Positions 9,611 to 20,462 are shown, counted from the stretch's first letter. The stretch: DNA of 64,000 nt from an uncultured virus (IMG/VR IMGVR_UViG_2660238316_000001) (IMGVR_UViG_2660238316_000001:1-64000), one strand, 5' to 3'. Notes: generated by a model from the letters alone, not told the origin. Numbers and translations are program-made.

Positions 9611-9813
9611 GAGTGCCCCTGCGTCCATAGCCATTTACGTTCAAAATATAGATTGACTCTTTTCACTGTCCGGCGCAGCAGTTAGCTTTTCATGGCCATC
9701 AACCTGTCGATATGTTCACATTTCTGGTGGTAATACATAGATAAAGAACGTTGCATTAGATTAGTTAGGCGTCATTTTGCAAACGATGAAGCCGCTAAGT
9801 ACTTCTTTCAAAA

Positions 9814-9957
9814 TTTCATGAGATCAGAAGTTTAGCCGGACGATTGTATGAAAAGGAAAAAGGTAAGGAATTTGCGATGAAACTACTGGGGCATAAATCG
9901 GAGAAGATGACGAACAAGTATCTTGATACGAGAGGGAAAGAATACGTGATGCTATAA
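9814..9957 (+). pseudogene. Integrase 3' fragment
   Basis: FHEIRSLAGRLY...LLGHKSEKMTNKYLD; amino-acid identical to the end of 23607-24191. Confidence 0.9.
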
Positions 9958-10042
9958 AAGACCGAATATCAGATTTCGATAAGATTTCGATAAATTTCGA
10001 TAAACCACAAAATTCACCTTTAAAATCAATGGGTTAAAAATA

Positions 10043-10059
10043 GACCGAATACGATTCCT
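10043..10059 (+). other. att core (SdsR/RyeB terminator-derived), junction of elements 1 and 2
   Basis: GACCGAATACGATTCCT flanked by ATTTCGATAA x3 (9973-10003) and related TTCG repeats (10178-10207). Confidence 0.8.
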
Positions 10060-10468
10060 CTTTCAGGTTAAAATCAATAATATGATTATAAATCAATAGG
10101 TTGATCTCGTAACCTCCTGTGGCACACCTTGGTTTTCCTTATTACTCTCTCCTTTAAGTTCAAATAGTTATCTATTAATTCGGAATCATTCGTAAAAATT
10201 TCGTAACGCCAATGATGACTGGACATTAAAATATTATTGATCTGGCGAGGGTAAATTCACTATGCATCGATAATTCAATAAGTTACGATTTTTCCTTTTA
10301 GGCCCGAAAGCATGGCAACAGACCAAACAAGACATGATTGACAGCCCAAAATGCTAGTTTGTAAATACCTTTACTGCAACGTAAAAAATTATTGGCCTAA
10401 CCTTTTAAAACCTTTATAGATATGACAAAATATTTCCAATCGTAATAATATTATAAGGTTAGTTTTGT

Positions 10469-11887
10469 ATGCACAAGATATTCAGAGGTTTTTATACACC
10501 TAAAGAGGCTGATCTCGCGGCACTTTGGCAAGATGAAAAAACTATATTTATTTTTGATACCAATACTCTATTTAACCTTTATAGATGCGAAGAACAAACA
10601 AGAAAAGACTTACTTAGTGTAATGAATCAGTTGTCTTCACGCTCATGGTTCCCATTTCAGGTTTATTACGAGTATCAGAGAAACAGGAAAGAAGTAATTT
10701 CAGATAGTCTAAGAAGCTTAGAAACAACAAAAAAAACCCTTCAATCTATATCAACCCAAACTGATAAAGCATTATCTGAGGGGAAAATCAAAAAACACCT
10801 TTACTCTTCATTATCCGAAGAGCTTACTATTCTGCAGTCTGAGCTTAATAAGCCTATAGAAGAATTCATTAAAAATAAAATAGACCCACGAATTGAGCAA
10901 AAAATAAAAATTGCAGGAAGTGATTTTATTCGTTTAGAAATTGACAAAATAATTGGGGAAAACTGTGGCGAACTACCAACACAAGAATTAATTGATAAAA
11001 TAAATTCCGATGGAGAAAAACGCTATGCTGCCTCAGTACCGCCTGGGTTCAGTGATGCTAAAACGAAAAATGGAACCTGTTATTTCTCCGAAAGAATATT
11101 TACTGATAAATTTGGTGATCTTTATCTATGGATGGAAGTTCTAAAAAAAGCAAAGCAATCAGATGGTCATAATATATTTTTTATTTCGGATGATGCAAAA
11201 AAAGATTGGTGGTTTATGCATAATGGAGAACGCGTGGGGCCTTTAGAATCACTACAAACAGAAATATATAATGGATCGAATATAAATTCCTTTAGAATGT
11301 TAACTCAATCCAGTTTCTTGTTTGAGGCGCAAAAACACTTATCTGGTGTTACAGTTAATCAATCTTCAGTAGATGAAGTTCATAAGTTTTCAATGATAGA
11401 TGAAGATCAATTCTATGAATATGAAATGGATGAAGACAATTTCATTACGATGACTAACTTTAACCACGAAAATAGAAACATTAAAGATAATATACATTGG
11501 TATAATGAATTTTCAGATGAAGAAAACAAAGAAATAACTTACAGCGCCAGATACAACAATAAAAAATTGTTAGAAAATTACCGTGTAACTGTAGATGATT
11601 TTAATCAGTCAAAAGAACTATTAGAGTTGTTATTAGATAAAGCAACAAATTTTTATGCTAATAAACGCATTCATGCACCTATCAAGGTTGCTTTAAAAAC
11701 AGTATTAAAAAATGCAAATGAAAACATCGATAACACCCAAGTGTTAATTGACATACTTCATCACAGTCTATTTACCGGTGAGATATCAGAATTCCTCTTG
11801 AATTATAAAGAATATAACGAGCATATATACTCACATTTACACTTGCTAAACAAAAACATAAAAAAAGCTGAATCTTTATTAAATTAA
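10469..11887 (+). CDS. PIN-like domain protein (PIN_8/DUF4935 type), AT-rich moron
   Basis: FIFDTNTLFNLYR, VPPGFSD.K, KFGDLYLW, FISDDAKKDWW motifs. Confidence 0.85.
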   Translation: MHKIFRGFYTPKEADLAALWQDEKTIFIFDTNTLFNLYRCEEQTRKDLLSVMNQLSSRSWFPFQVYYEYQRNRKEVISDSLRSLETTKKTLQSISTQTDKALSEGKIKKHLYSSLSEELTILQSELNKPIEEFIKNKIDPRIEQKIKIAGSDFIRLEIDKIIGENCGELPTQELIDKINSDGEKRYAASVPPGFSDAKTKNGTCYFSERIFTDKFGDLYLWMEVLKKAKQSDGHNIFFISDDAKKDWWFMHNGERVGPLESLQTEIYNGSNINSFRMLTQSSFLFEAQKHLSGVTVNQSSVDEVHKFSMIDEDQFYEYEMDEDNFITMTNFNHENRNIKDNIHWYNEFSDEENKEITYSARYNNKKLLENYRVTVDDFNQSKELLELLLDKATNFYANKRIHAPIKVALKTVLKNANENIDNTQVLIDILHHSLFTGEISEFLLNYKEYNEHIYSHLHLLNKNIKKAESLLN

Positions 11888-12234
11888 CATGCTAGATATC
11901 TAATAATACTCTACCAGAATCGAATAGTTTAGGTAAATCCATTTTGGATGCCGGGCAATTAAGCCCGGCTTGTACTTTTATAATACTGGTCATATTTCAA
12001 TCGTTATTATCATCACTCTTCCCCCTCTCATTATTAGCCCGCTTTACTCTTGACTCATGAAACTAAATAAAAAACAATCCCATTTGTTATAAAAACGGTC
12101 ATTTTAATAAGCTTTAAATACCAATTGATCGGCGGTAACGATCAATGCCGCGAAAACGATCTGTTATACCTATTTGATATGTACATGGTGCAAACGTAAT
12201 ATTTCATTTTATAATGAATAATAGTGGTGACTAA

Positions 12235-12465
12235 GTGAAAACAGATGAAGAAATATTATCCACTGAATTTGAGATGATAATTTCACGACTACGTGAAAAG
12301 CCGAAAAGTATATATGGTGGCATTGTCATATTCCTAAAGGCCATAGAGTTTATATTTAAGTTTTTAACCTTTGCTATTCAACCCATTGCAATCCCCATTT
12401 TTGCACTTTCATTGCTGGCTTTTGCTGGAATTATTTTTCATTTTATTGTGTCTAAAATATTATGA
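12235..12465 (+). CDS. Small membrane protein (moron)
   Basis: 76-aa AT-rich ORF with hydrophobic C-terminal half, opposite strand to tail genes. Confidence 0.5.
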   Translation: MKTDEEILSTEFEMIISRLREKPKSIYGGIVIFLKAIEFIFKFLTFAIQPIAIPIFALSLLAFAGIIFHFIVSKIL

Positions 12466-12488
12466 TGAAAAACAAATATACGTATTTA

Positions 12489-12875
12489 TTATTGAGGCAG
12501 CTCCGGCCAAGTGATATCAGGTGCTGTCGATACATCTAACTGCTTTAAAGCAACCACGTATTTCTTCAATTTGACTAAACGAGTCGTACCTTCATCATCA
12601 ATAATTCCCAGCATCAGGTCAGTTTGCAGCGCGGTAAGCTCGTCCTGAACTAACCAGATTCTGCGGCTCCGTTCCCTTTCCGCTTCTGCCACCTGCATTT
12701 CTTGCAACCAAACCATATTTACGACGATAGCATCATGGGTAAATGCATCTAAATACTTTTGCGTAGCGAAATTGACCACTGTCATTCCGCGCCCACTTGC
12801 ATTTTCAAACACGACAACATAAATATTGTCGTATGCGTCGTTGTCTGGTTGCTCTTGATTAATTAGGTTTTCCAT
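12489..12875 (-). CDS. Tail fibre assembly chaperone
   Basis: C-terminal LQTDLMLGII...LDVSTAPDITWPELP typical of Tfa. Confidence 0.85.
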   Translation of the reverse strand: MENLINQEQPDNDAYDNIYVVVFENASGRGMTVVNFATQKYLDAFTHDAIVVNMVWLQEMQVAEAERERSRRIWLVQDELTALQTDLMLGIIDDEGTTRLVKLKKYVVALKQLDVSTAPDITWPELPQ

Positions 12876-12885
12876 TTTTTATTCC

Positions 12886-13974
12886 TTACGGGCCAACAAC
12901 GATGACATAAAATTCCGGCCAGTCAGTCCAGTCATAACTTACACCACCATCGCGGGCGTTCTGAATGCTAAATGAATTAGGCGTTCTATTCCAAATATTG
13001 GCGGAGTGAGCATTTAATGCACCATTTTGCGTGCCGCCATTAATCCCAACCGTTACCGCATACGCGCCGTTTGACGTTGACATGACAAAGTTATAGCCGC
13101 CAACGTTGGTACGGTTTATCGCAGCAAAGCCAAATGAGCTAATAATTGTGCCGTTTCCTTGCACTGCCGCCCACGCCCTGACTCGGTGGTCTGTGCGGTT
13201 AGACAAGTAGGTAGATAAGTAACCGCCCCAGAGCGGGCCGTAGATATTACCGTCAGCTGCTAGCCATGCGGCAGTATTACCCGCATAAACAGTACCTTCT
13301 GCTATCACTCCTGAGCCTTTTAAGTTACCTGCCGTAGTCAGAGTGCCGGGAAGACTAATAGCGGTACTGGTAGACTGGACTGCATTTACTATCCGGCTAT
13401 CATCGCCAGCGGCAGCAGTACCGGCAGTTTTTCCGATATCCAGCACTGCCGCCCCTTTAAGCCCTAAATTGGTTCGTGCGGCGGTCTTATCTGCTACATC
13501 GTTGAAGTTTTTGCTTTTCTGTAATGCATTGGTAGCAATGGCTGCGGTATCCGTTAAGCCAAGGTTAGCAATGGCGGCAGCTATTGCCTCTGGCCCTGCA
13601 GCCGCGATTTCAGCGAGGTTATTAGCCGTCTGCAAATAGGTGCTGGCCCCCTCTTTACGCCACACACCAATATCTAATGTGCCTGTGGGTTCTACGCCGG
13701 TGTTTTCTGACAATGCAATATAGCTATTGCCACCGTGGCTCACTCTCGCCCCTGCCTGGTAGGGGGCATCGGCAAACCAAATTAGCTGCCCAAGGTTTTG
13801 CAATTCCTGCAAGGCTAAATCGACCCGGTTATGCCACCAGTTTTCCCACTTGGCCTCGGGCGGATCTTCTGATGCGCCCCCTGCCCAACCACGCGCAATC
13901 AGACCATCGCCGGGGCGTTCAAATTGTGCGGGCACACTGGCCCACGGCTGATTAAAGCTGTCATTTCTGGCCAT
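12886..13974 (-). CDS. Tail fibre protein
   Basis: Start MARNDSF with GGAG RBS; NNLAEI/NFNDVADKTAARTNLGL fibre repeats; DGNIYGPLWGGYL motif. Confidence 0.85.
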   Translation of the reverse strand: MARNDSFNQPWASVPAQFERPGDGLIARGWAGGASEDPPEAKWENWWHNRVDLALQELQNLGQLIWFADAPYQAGARVSHGGNSYIALSENTGVEPTGTLDIGVWRKEGASTYLQTANNLAEIAAAGPEAIAAAIANLGLTDTAAIATNALQKSKNFNDVADKTAARTNLGLKGAAVLDIGKTAGTAAAGDDSRIVNAVQSTSTAISLPGTLTTAGNLKGSGVIAEGTVYAGNTAAWLAADGNIYGPLWGGYLSTYLSNRTDHRVRAWAAVQGNGTIISSFGFAAINRTNVGGYNFVMSTSNGAYAVTVGINGGTQNGALNAHSANIWNRTPNSFSIQNARDGGVSYDWTDWPEFYVIVVGP

Positions 13975-13987
13975 ATAGTGGCTCCAA

Positions 13988-14632
13988 TTAGATATAAGCG
14001 CCCATGCCGTAAGGCTGAGCGTCGAAGGTGCCTTTATAGGCAAAGGGATGATGGTTAACACGGATCAAGCTGGCTTTGACGCCTTGCGGTCGGGGGATTA
14101 AATCAAATAGCTGAATAAGCACTAAGACATTGGCGGGGATCGGTTTATCGACCCAGATAGTTTTCATGGTCATATCCTGCCCATCGATGATGGCGGAATT
14201 AACATCCAGAATGTAATCAACCGCAGTTTTGATTTCATCCAAGGTAGCGTTGGTGTTGTTTTTCTGGATCTTGGCTTTGATTAATACGCGATAGAGGTAA
14301 TCCGATACCGGAACTTTGCCGATTTGTTCATGCGGCGCTTTATACGGCGCGACATTATAGGGCTGTGCGCCGCCGGTACCGTTATAAGCAAATATCGATA
14401 AGTAATCGCTGCGGATGAGTGGCCGCTCAGTAAATCCGGCAATGCGACCACAGATATCCAGTTGATCGCCCTCGGCATTATCAATATCCAACAGGTTATT
14501 GATTTTAGTGATCTGCTCTTCCAGTGCAGATTGGCTGATGTCCGGTAAAATACTGATCCATTCAACTAATTTCGGCGCGTTTTTATATTGCAGGTAAATC
14601 CGTGACAGTGCTTTTTTGCGGTGGTTATACAT
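13988..14632 (-). CDS. Baseplate wedge protein (DUF2612-like)
   Basis: LDIDNAEGDQLDICGRIAG motif; follows baseplate J. Confidence 0.8.
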   Translation of the reverse strand: MYNHRKKALSRIYLQYKNAPKLVEWISILPDISQSALEEQITKINNLLDIDNAEGDQLDICGRIAGFTERPLIRSDYLSIFAYNGTGGAQPYNVAPYKAPHEQIGKVPVSDYLYRVLIKAKIQKNNTNATLDEIKTAVDYILDVNSAIIDGQDMTMKTIWVDKPIPANVLVLIQLFDLIPRPQGVKASLIRVNHHPFAYKGTFDAQPYGMGAYI

Positions 14633-15824
14633 AAACCACCTCGATATTCTCAGTACTAAACACGCCGAGCTGATTAAAGGCTATTCTCACTGCACTCTCA
14701 TTGGCCTGTTCGACAGCAGTACCGACGGTAATCGCATTCACAAAGCCATTACCGGCCACCAAATAATTGACTGGGGTAAATAAACGGCCCGCGCCAATAC
14801 TTTCACCAATTTTAAAACCCAACTTAGAAAAACCATTGGTTTGATCAAAGCCGGTAATGCTGTAATCGACAATCGCCTGCTTTATCTCTTCGTCAATAAA
14901 TTCGCTATTACTGGCGATCTCTACCCGTACATAAACCGGTATTAGTTGGGGGCGAAAAAAGGTTACGGTGATCGGGTTACCTTTTGGGGTAACAGTATCC
15001 AACGAGATTTTATTAGGGAAAGTGTTATAACGGTTTAACCCACAGCCGGGGCTTTTATTGATGGCAATACTGTTAATAACATCCTCGATGCTGCCACCAT
15101 CAACAAATATCGCCATTGAGTGACCGAGCACCCCATTCTCGTCGGCTTGATCCTCAAAATTTTCATAAATCCGCGCTCGTTTAACATCATCAATATTGAC
15201 CAGCGCCGCATAAATATTATCAATCTGATTGGAGCCAGGTAGCGCCACTGATTCATTGCGTCGGATGCGAAATGCGTTATTGGTTTCTTTATCCAACCCC
15301 ATTGACGCTGCAGTGTTATTTGTCACCGCCGTAATGCCGCCGATCGATGTGGCAATAATGGTCAGATTATGACTATTGGCCCCCTGCGCCCCTGCCAGCG
15401 TACAAGTGACATTCACCGTCGCATTCCCTGCCGCGTCAGTAATAACATCACCATCAGTCGCCCATAAGGTATTAGTCGCCCTATTTCTGATTAATGTCCC
15501 GGCATTGATCGGCGTAAAAGCGATGCCGCTAAAATTAACGGTAGCGGTTGAATAGGTCGCATTTTTGCGTTTGATTCCAGCGAACGCGGCAATGCGGTCT
15601 AATTGTTGGTCAATCGCTGAATTGGGATCGGCGGCGTGATAAGCATTAATTACCGCTTCATCCAAATTAGCTAATGCCTCACACCAGACCGCTATTGCCA
15701 GACCATCTGGCGATTCCGGGTTAATATTCCAGCCATCATCAATAGCAAGATAACGCTGGCGCATAGTATCCAGATATTCACTCAGCGTGGTGCCGCTAGC
15801 CCCGTCACGATTAATGGTGGCCAT
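14625..15824 (-). CDS. Baseplate J/gp47 family protein
   Basis: SPDGL..., QLDRIAAFAGIKR, GLDKETNNAFRIRR motifs. Confidence 0.9.
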   Translation of the reverse strand: MATINRDGASGTTLSEYLDTMRQRYLAIDDGWNINPESPDGLAIAVWCEALANLDEAVINAYHAADPNSAIDQQLDRIAAFAGIKRKNATYSTATVNFSGIAFTPINAGTLIRNRATNTLWATDGDVITDAAGNATVNVTCTLAGAQGANSHNLTIIATSIGGITAVTNNTAASMGLDKETNNAFRIRRNESVALPGSNQIDNIYAALVNIDDVKRARIYENFEDQADENGVLGHSMAIFVDGGSIEDVINSIAINKSPGCGLNRYNTFPNKISLDTVTPKGNPITVTFFRPQLIPVYVRVEIASNSEFIDEEIKQAIVDYSITGFDQTNGFSKLGFKIGESIGAGRLFTPVNYLVAGNGFVNAITVGTAVEQANESAVRIAFNQLGVFSTENIEVVYV

Positions 15825-16174
15825 TAGATAAGATCCTCAGTGAACAGGAAATCAAATGCGTCGTTATTAATATCAATCACCGCGGCAAATATCGTTATTT
15901 TGCGATTCTTCATATCGAGATCCATTTCAAAGCGGTTAATGGTCAGCACGCCTTTGGCCGCCAATAAGCGCTGTTTAATATTGGCTTCGGCAATATCGCG
16001 TGAGGTTTTGCCCAATATGCTTTGAAACCACGGCGTTCCCTCGGTGGCATCAAGAAAATACTCGCCAAGAAATAATCGTAGGCAGCAGATCATGGCTTGC
16101 CGGGTTTCTTCTTTGCCGCTAGCAAACTGGCTGCCGTGGGTAACAATGTCGCCATTTTGGAAATTGCGGATCAC
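15824..16174 (-). CDS. Baseplate gp25/W-like protein
   Basis: GTG start with GGAGG RBS; LRLFLGEYFLDATEGTPW motif. Confidence 0.75.
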   Translation of the reverse strand: MIRNFQNGDIVTHGSQFASGKEETRQAMICCLRLFLGEYFLDATEGTPWFQSILGKTSRDIAEANIKQRLLAAKGVLTINRFEMDLDMKNRKITIFAAVIDINNDAFDFLFTEDLI

Positions 16175-16247
16175 AGTGCCTCCGGAAACAAAAAGCCCCG
16201 GCATAAGCCAGGGCGATAATAGGTAGGATTCAATCAGGATAATGAGG

Positions 16248-16928
16248 TTATTGCGGCCCATCAGTGCGATCATTGCCGCGTTGCACGCCACCGTGGTCGT
16301 GGTCGCCAACTTCCAGCTCGCCAATCGCCAAACCACCTTGGGTAACCTCAGTGCGGCCATTAAGGGTGGTTTGCCCATTATTGGTAAACTCTGGGCCGCT
16401 ATAACTCATGCCAGATTCGGTAAGCGCCAATGTGGTACCGCCAGCCGTCAAAGTCATTCCACTATCAGTGAGGTGAATACGCACCCCGCCACTTTTGTTA
16501 CTTAAACCAATCCCCTCGGTCGGCAAGCCCGCAATCGCGGTTTGTTGTGAGCGGTAGCCAGGGGCAAAGAAAGCATCGGACGGATTAAACATCCGTGCAT
16601 CCAGTGGTGCTACCGGCCCCCCCTGACTGAGCCAATTGTCGATAGAACGTTGGCTGAAATGAATATAGCCCTCGGTACCCGCGGGTAATTCATGAAAAAC
16701 CGTCCATTCGGCACTACCAGAAAATTGCACTGGCACATGTTCAATAACGGGGAGTGTCTTAAATTGACCGTCACCGATATGGCGCTGAATGCCGCACTCC
16801 ACCACTGCGCGTTGCAAATCGGCGTTATAACTAATGACTTTACCAGGCATGCCGATCATCAGGTCACGCACCATATCGCGCTTGAGCAGCATCATGGTGC
16901 TATACAGCGGGTTGCTCTCAATCATCAT
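16248..16928 (-). CDS. Baseplate spike (Gp138/gpV-like)
   Basis: N-terminal OB-type region, C-terminal HDHGGV metal-binding tip. Confidence 0.85.
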   Translation of the reverse strand: MMIESNPLYSTMMLLKRDMVRDLMIGMPGKVISYNADLQRAVVECGIQRHIGDGQFKTLPVIEHVPVQFSGSAEWTVFHELPAGTEGYIHFSQRSIDNWLSQGGPVAPLDARMFNPSDAFFAPGYRSQQTAIAGLPTEGIGLSNKSGGVRIHLTDSGMTLTAGGTTLALTESGMSYSGPEFTNNGQTTLNGRTEVTQGGLAIGELEVGDHDHGGVQRGNDRTDGPQ

Positions 16929-16932
16929 TACC

Positions 16933-17826
16933 TCAGGGCATTCGCCATTGACTGATCAGCGTAGTTTTCCACGTATCACCCCATAAGGTGCCTTCGTGGT
17001 AGGTACGCAGCACATTAAACTGGCCGGTCTGCTGCTGAATATTCGCCAGATTATTGAGGTCGGTGTTATACATGCCGCTAAAATTAATCGTCCAAAAACT
17101 TGAGGTGACATTAATCACATCGGCCGGCTGAATTTGATGATTCATTTTGACGTCAATTTCCATGGTGCTGAGATACCAGCGCGGGACACTTTCCATACCA
17201 TTTTTAGCGGTGATCTCATGGGTCGCCCATTTTCTGGCGGCTCCCTCTCTGGCTAATAGCACCCTTGATGGCGTGATCATCCAGTAATATTTCCAGTCAT
17301 CTTTTACGCTATCGAGAATATCGCGACACAAGCGGCCACCAGAATTATAGGAAGTGGCAAAACGCGGTAAGTCGGAAAAGTCACCAATCACTTCAACATC
17401 AAGGCCAAAAGCCGCGGCGACATCTTTGAGCATTGCAATAGCAGGCGTATTCGCGCCCCAGGTTTTAAATATCGTGGTATTCCATGCCAGACCAATCGTG
17501 CGGCAATATAACCGCAGGCAGGTATTTACCCCCTCTTTGACCACTTCGACATTGTGAATCCGTCCGCTGAATATCGTGCCGATGTTGTCGCCATAACCAG
17601 CTTTTAATACCAAATTGCCATAACGCTTTTCTTTGTCGTCATAGCGCTGGATCAAGGCGCGGGTGCGCGCTGAAATGCCGTAAAGGGTAATTCTGGCGGT
17701 GGCATCGACATTCTGCGGGGTATTATCGACAGCAAAACGGATCTCTAATGGCGGCTGATAGGTAAGTTCATCGCCACTCACTGGGGTAATGGTCAGTAAG
17801 TAATTGCGGCCAAAATAGCTACTCAT
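16933..17826 (-). CDS. Baseplate hub protein
   Basis: ARITLYG...LKAGYG...IFSG motif and gene order. Confidence 0.75.
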   Translation of the reverse strand: MSSYFGRNYLLTITPVSGDELTYQPPLEIRFAVDNTPQNVDATARITLYGISARTRALIQRYDDKEKRYGNLVLKAGYGDNIGTIFSGRIHNVEVVKEGVNTCLRLYCRTIGLAWNTTIFKTWGANTPAIAMLKDVAAAFGLDVEVIGDFSDLPRFATSYNSGGRLCRDILDSVKDDWKYYWMITPSRVLLAREGAARKWATHEITAKNGMESVPRWYLSTMEIDVKMNHQIQPADVINVTSSFWTINFSGMYNTDLNNLANIQQQTGQFNVLRTYHEGTLWGDTWKTTLISQWRMP

Positions 17827-18109
17827 TATCGGGGTACCATGTCAGGCAATTATTAATGCCAAGATTGGCGATGGTCGGGGTCTCCCCGGCTAATATCAGT
17901 AGGCCAATATCGGTATTGAGTCCCGCCAATAAATTAACGCCAATATGCAAAGCACGCCCCAAAACTACCGGCTCGCCCTGTTCATAAATATCGACGCAGA
18001 AATAATTAAAACGGGTGAGCCAGTGCAAACGAAAAACCAAATAGTGATTATTTAATTGCACTCGAAAACGCTGTACCGCGTAACCATTATTTAATGGGAT
18101 AACTTTCAT
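17819..18109 (-). CDS. Small baseplate protein
   Basis: Gene order; 96 aa. Confidence 0.65.
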   Translation of the reverse strand: MKVIPLNNGYAVQRFRVQLNNHYLVFRLHWLTRFNYFCVDIYEQGEPVVLGRALHIGVNLLAGLNTDIGLLILAGETPTIANLGINNCLTWYPDNE

Positions 18110-18777
18110 TACGTGGCCTCGACAAAAACTTCACCAAATGAGTATTCACGTTGCCCCTGAGTGGCAGCACTATCGCCATAGGGTAAGTTGTCATTGGTTT
18201 CAGCAACGGTGTCGTAAATAATATTGAGCTGTAACAGTTCAACCACAATCTCCAGCCCGCCCTCATTCTCTTTTTTCAACTGGGTGCGGGTATTGGTGAT
18301 CAGGCAATTTTTATAGGCGGCCCCACGGCTGGCCACTAATTCGAACGGCGTATGTGAGCGCTGCAACTCACGCAATTGTTCGAGTAAATTTTGCGAACGG
18401 GTTGAGCGCGATTGTGATCCCAGGCTGCCGGAATACAAACTGGTGCCAACCGAAGCAGCCACTCCTGCCAGCGCCGCCGCCCGGCCAGAAAGCAAACTGG
18501 CCGCCATACCAGTAGTGATACTGGCTCCGGCCCCCAGTAGTCCGGCAATACTGCTATCTTGCTGGGCCAGCAGTTCACGAAACCAGTTATCCGACACACC
18601 GATAATCATGGTTAGCGCCAACGCGCGCGTCACCGCGTTATCGTGGGCGGTATTGGCATCTTCCAGCGGGAACTCACTGACATCAGTACGCAGCTCGCTC
18701 GACTCTTCCAGTAATGCATCAAAATAGAGATTGCCGATTTTCGGTCGGTTACGGGTAAATAGTCCGGTAATAGCCAT
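18109..18777 (-). CDS. Tail tube initiator/Dit-like baseplate protein
   Basis: FDALLEES...SEFPLE...DNAV motif; follows tape measure. Confidence 0.7.
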   Translation of the reverse strand: MAITGLFTRNRPKIGNLYFDALLEESSELRTDVSEFPLEDANTAHDNAVTRALALTMIIGVSDNWFRELLAQQDSSIAGLLGAGASITTGMAASLLSGRAAALAGVAASVGTSLYSGSLGSQSRSTRSQNLLEQLRELQRSHTPFELVASRGAAYKNCLITNTRTQLKKENEGGLEIVVELLQLNIIYDTVAETNDNLPYGDSAATQGQREYSFGEVFVEAT

Positions 18778-20441
18778 CAGTAGTGCTCCGTATGCATCAT
18801 GTCGCGCGCTTGCTGGGCCAGTTGAGTGGTGGCCTGTAGCACCCCGTCACGGATGGATTCACTATCACCGCCCACGGTACCCACATTGATAATATTGTGT
18901 TGTTCCAGTCTGACATCACCACGGGGCGGGGATGCGGCAACTGATTGCATGGGGGTGGTTTGGCGGTCGCTGTAGCCCTGAATCTCTTCCCATGAACGTT
19001 TGGGCTGGGCGTAATTTGATGAAGGTAGCGAGGCCCACACACCACCAAGCCCGCTGGTGGCATCAGCAAAATTCCCGTTCGTCACATTTTCTAGCTGACC
19101 GGCACGTTGAATAAGAAACAACGCGGCGAGATCCTGACTGCGTGGTGAAAAGTCGGTCAAATTAAGCGCTTTGACGGCATCATCCCAAGAGCCGCTGGTG
19201 AACTGATAACGACCGGCAGCCGAGGTTTTATTTTTAGTGCCGTCCGTTTGCGTGAACTCTTTTAATTGCCGTGGGTGGTCGCTGCTGTCATAGAATTGGT
19301 CGCCGCCAAACATCGTGTTATAGCCAGAATTAGCATAACTGGCGGTTCCCTCGGCTTTGGATAGCACCTCCAGATACTGGCGAACGTTGGGATCATCAAC
19401 CAGATTATTAAGGTCGCTGCTATCACTGGGGTAAGGCACGCCGGGGTTATTTTTAGCCCAGTTCTGCCGCCCTATCGCATCAGGATTACTCATGGCTTTG
19501 GCATCGTCGGCACTGGTAAAAATATTACCGGGCGTTAATGCCGCCGCCGCGCCGATGGTGACCGGATTGACCAGCAAGCGTGACAACCAGCCGCGCCCAC
19601 CAGCAGCACCTGCGGGTGGTTTCCCGCCACCGGGCAACATGCCGCCGACAAACTTTAATGCGCCGGCGGTACCGGCCAGACCGGCAGCAGTCAAAATCGC
19701 TTTGGAGACTTCGGGATTTTCTTTAATAAACTGATTAATACTTTCTAATAACGCATTGATGATTGGCAGTAAGTCGCCACCCATTGAACGGGCCAGATTG
19801 TCAAAGTTAGTCGCCAGATCCGCCATCTCTTTATTAAACTCATTGGCTGAGTCAATAAGTTTGGGATCGAGCGGTTTATATAACTCTTCAAAATTTTTCA
19901 GTGAGGCATTAAGCCCCTTGCTACCTCCCTCCAATAAGCGGGTAAAAGGATCATTATCACCGCTGCCAATTCCGCTGCGCAGATTTCGCCGCTGGTCATT
20001 ATCCATTTTGCCGTAAGCATCTATAAGATACTTGAGCGAGTCCATACCGGTTTTATTGGCAAATTCCGTCGGGTTAAATGCACCATTCCAATAGGCTTTA
20101 TCGCCTAACTCCCCTTGTCTGGCACGCTGTTGCAGGTCAGGGATTTTCTGCACAATCTGATTAGCCGCATCCGGACTAAGACCAAGACTGCGCATCGCAT
20201 AACGCAGACCATCGATCTGTTTAACGGTAAAGTTGGTGATTTTACTCAGCCTGTCCATTTCTAATACTGAGGCAGATAAATCAGCAGTCAGGGCTTTTAA
20301 GCCAACACCGGTACCGGCTGCGGCGGCCAGTTGCAATATGCCGTCTTTAATCCCTTTAACAGCATCATTGGCGGTTTGAAAGCTCTTTGCATCTGTTTCC
20401 AGGCCAAGGGAAACCAATAGAGAATCAATTGTCTCTGACAT
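18777..20441 (-). CDS. Tape measure protein with lambda-R-type lytic transglycosylase domain
   Basis: Start MSETIDSLLVSLG; AEGT...GYNTMFGG...SAAGRYQF...FSPRSQD...WASLP motifs. Confidence 0.85.
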   Translation of the reverse strand: MSETIDSLLVSLGLETDAKSFQTANDAVKGIKDGILQLAAAAGTGVGLKALTADLSASVLEMDRLSKITNFTVKQIDGLRYAMRSLGLSPDAANQIVQKIPDLQQRARQGELGDKAYWNGAFNPTEFANKTGMDSLKYLIDAYGKMDNDQRRNLRSGIGSGDNDPFTRLLEGGSKGLNASLKNFEELYKPLDPKLIDSANEFNKEMADLATNFDNLARSMGGDLLPIINALLESINQFIKENPEVSKAILTAAGLAGTAGALKFVGGMLPGGGKPPAGAAGGRGWLSRLLVNPVTIGAAAALTPGNIFTSADDAKAMSNPDAIGRQNWAKNNPGVPYPSDSSDLNNLVDDPNVRQYLEVLSKAEGTASYANSGYNTMFGGDQFYDSSDHPRQLKEFTQTDGTKNKTSAAGRYQFTSGSWDDAVKALNLTDFSPRSQDLAALFLIQRAGQLENVTNGNFADATSGLGGVWASLPSSNYAQPKRSWEEIQGYSDRQTTPMQSVAASPPRGDVRLEQHNIINVGTVGGDSESIRDGVLQATTQLAQQARDMMHTEHY

Positions 20442-20462
20442 GGAAACCTCATATTTTAGGTA

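Larger units (their letters stand above)
1..10059. mobile_element. Degenerate lambdoid prophage remnant (element 1; continues left of window)
   Basis: Lysozyme, holin, Q, repressor with operators, integrase 3' fragment, ending at an att core. Confidence 0.8.
9814..10059 (+). repeat. 246-bp direct repeat copy 1 (int end, arm sites, att core)
   Basis: Near-identical to 24048-24293 (offset 14234). Confidence 0.95.

Noticed and set aside
9740..9812. Second IS remnant (IS256-like RRHFANDEAAK)
   Set aside because: Too short to support
10030..10070. Complete SdsR/RyeB sRNA gene here or at 24270-24300
   Set aside because: Only half of the terminator is present; the complementary GTATTCGGTC arm and sRNA body are missing
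12886..13974. Diversity-generating retroelement or invertible tail-fibre switch
   Set aside because: No reverse transcriptase, invertase or template/variable repeat pair seen near either tail fibre gene
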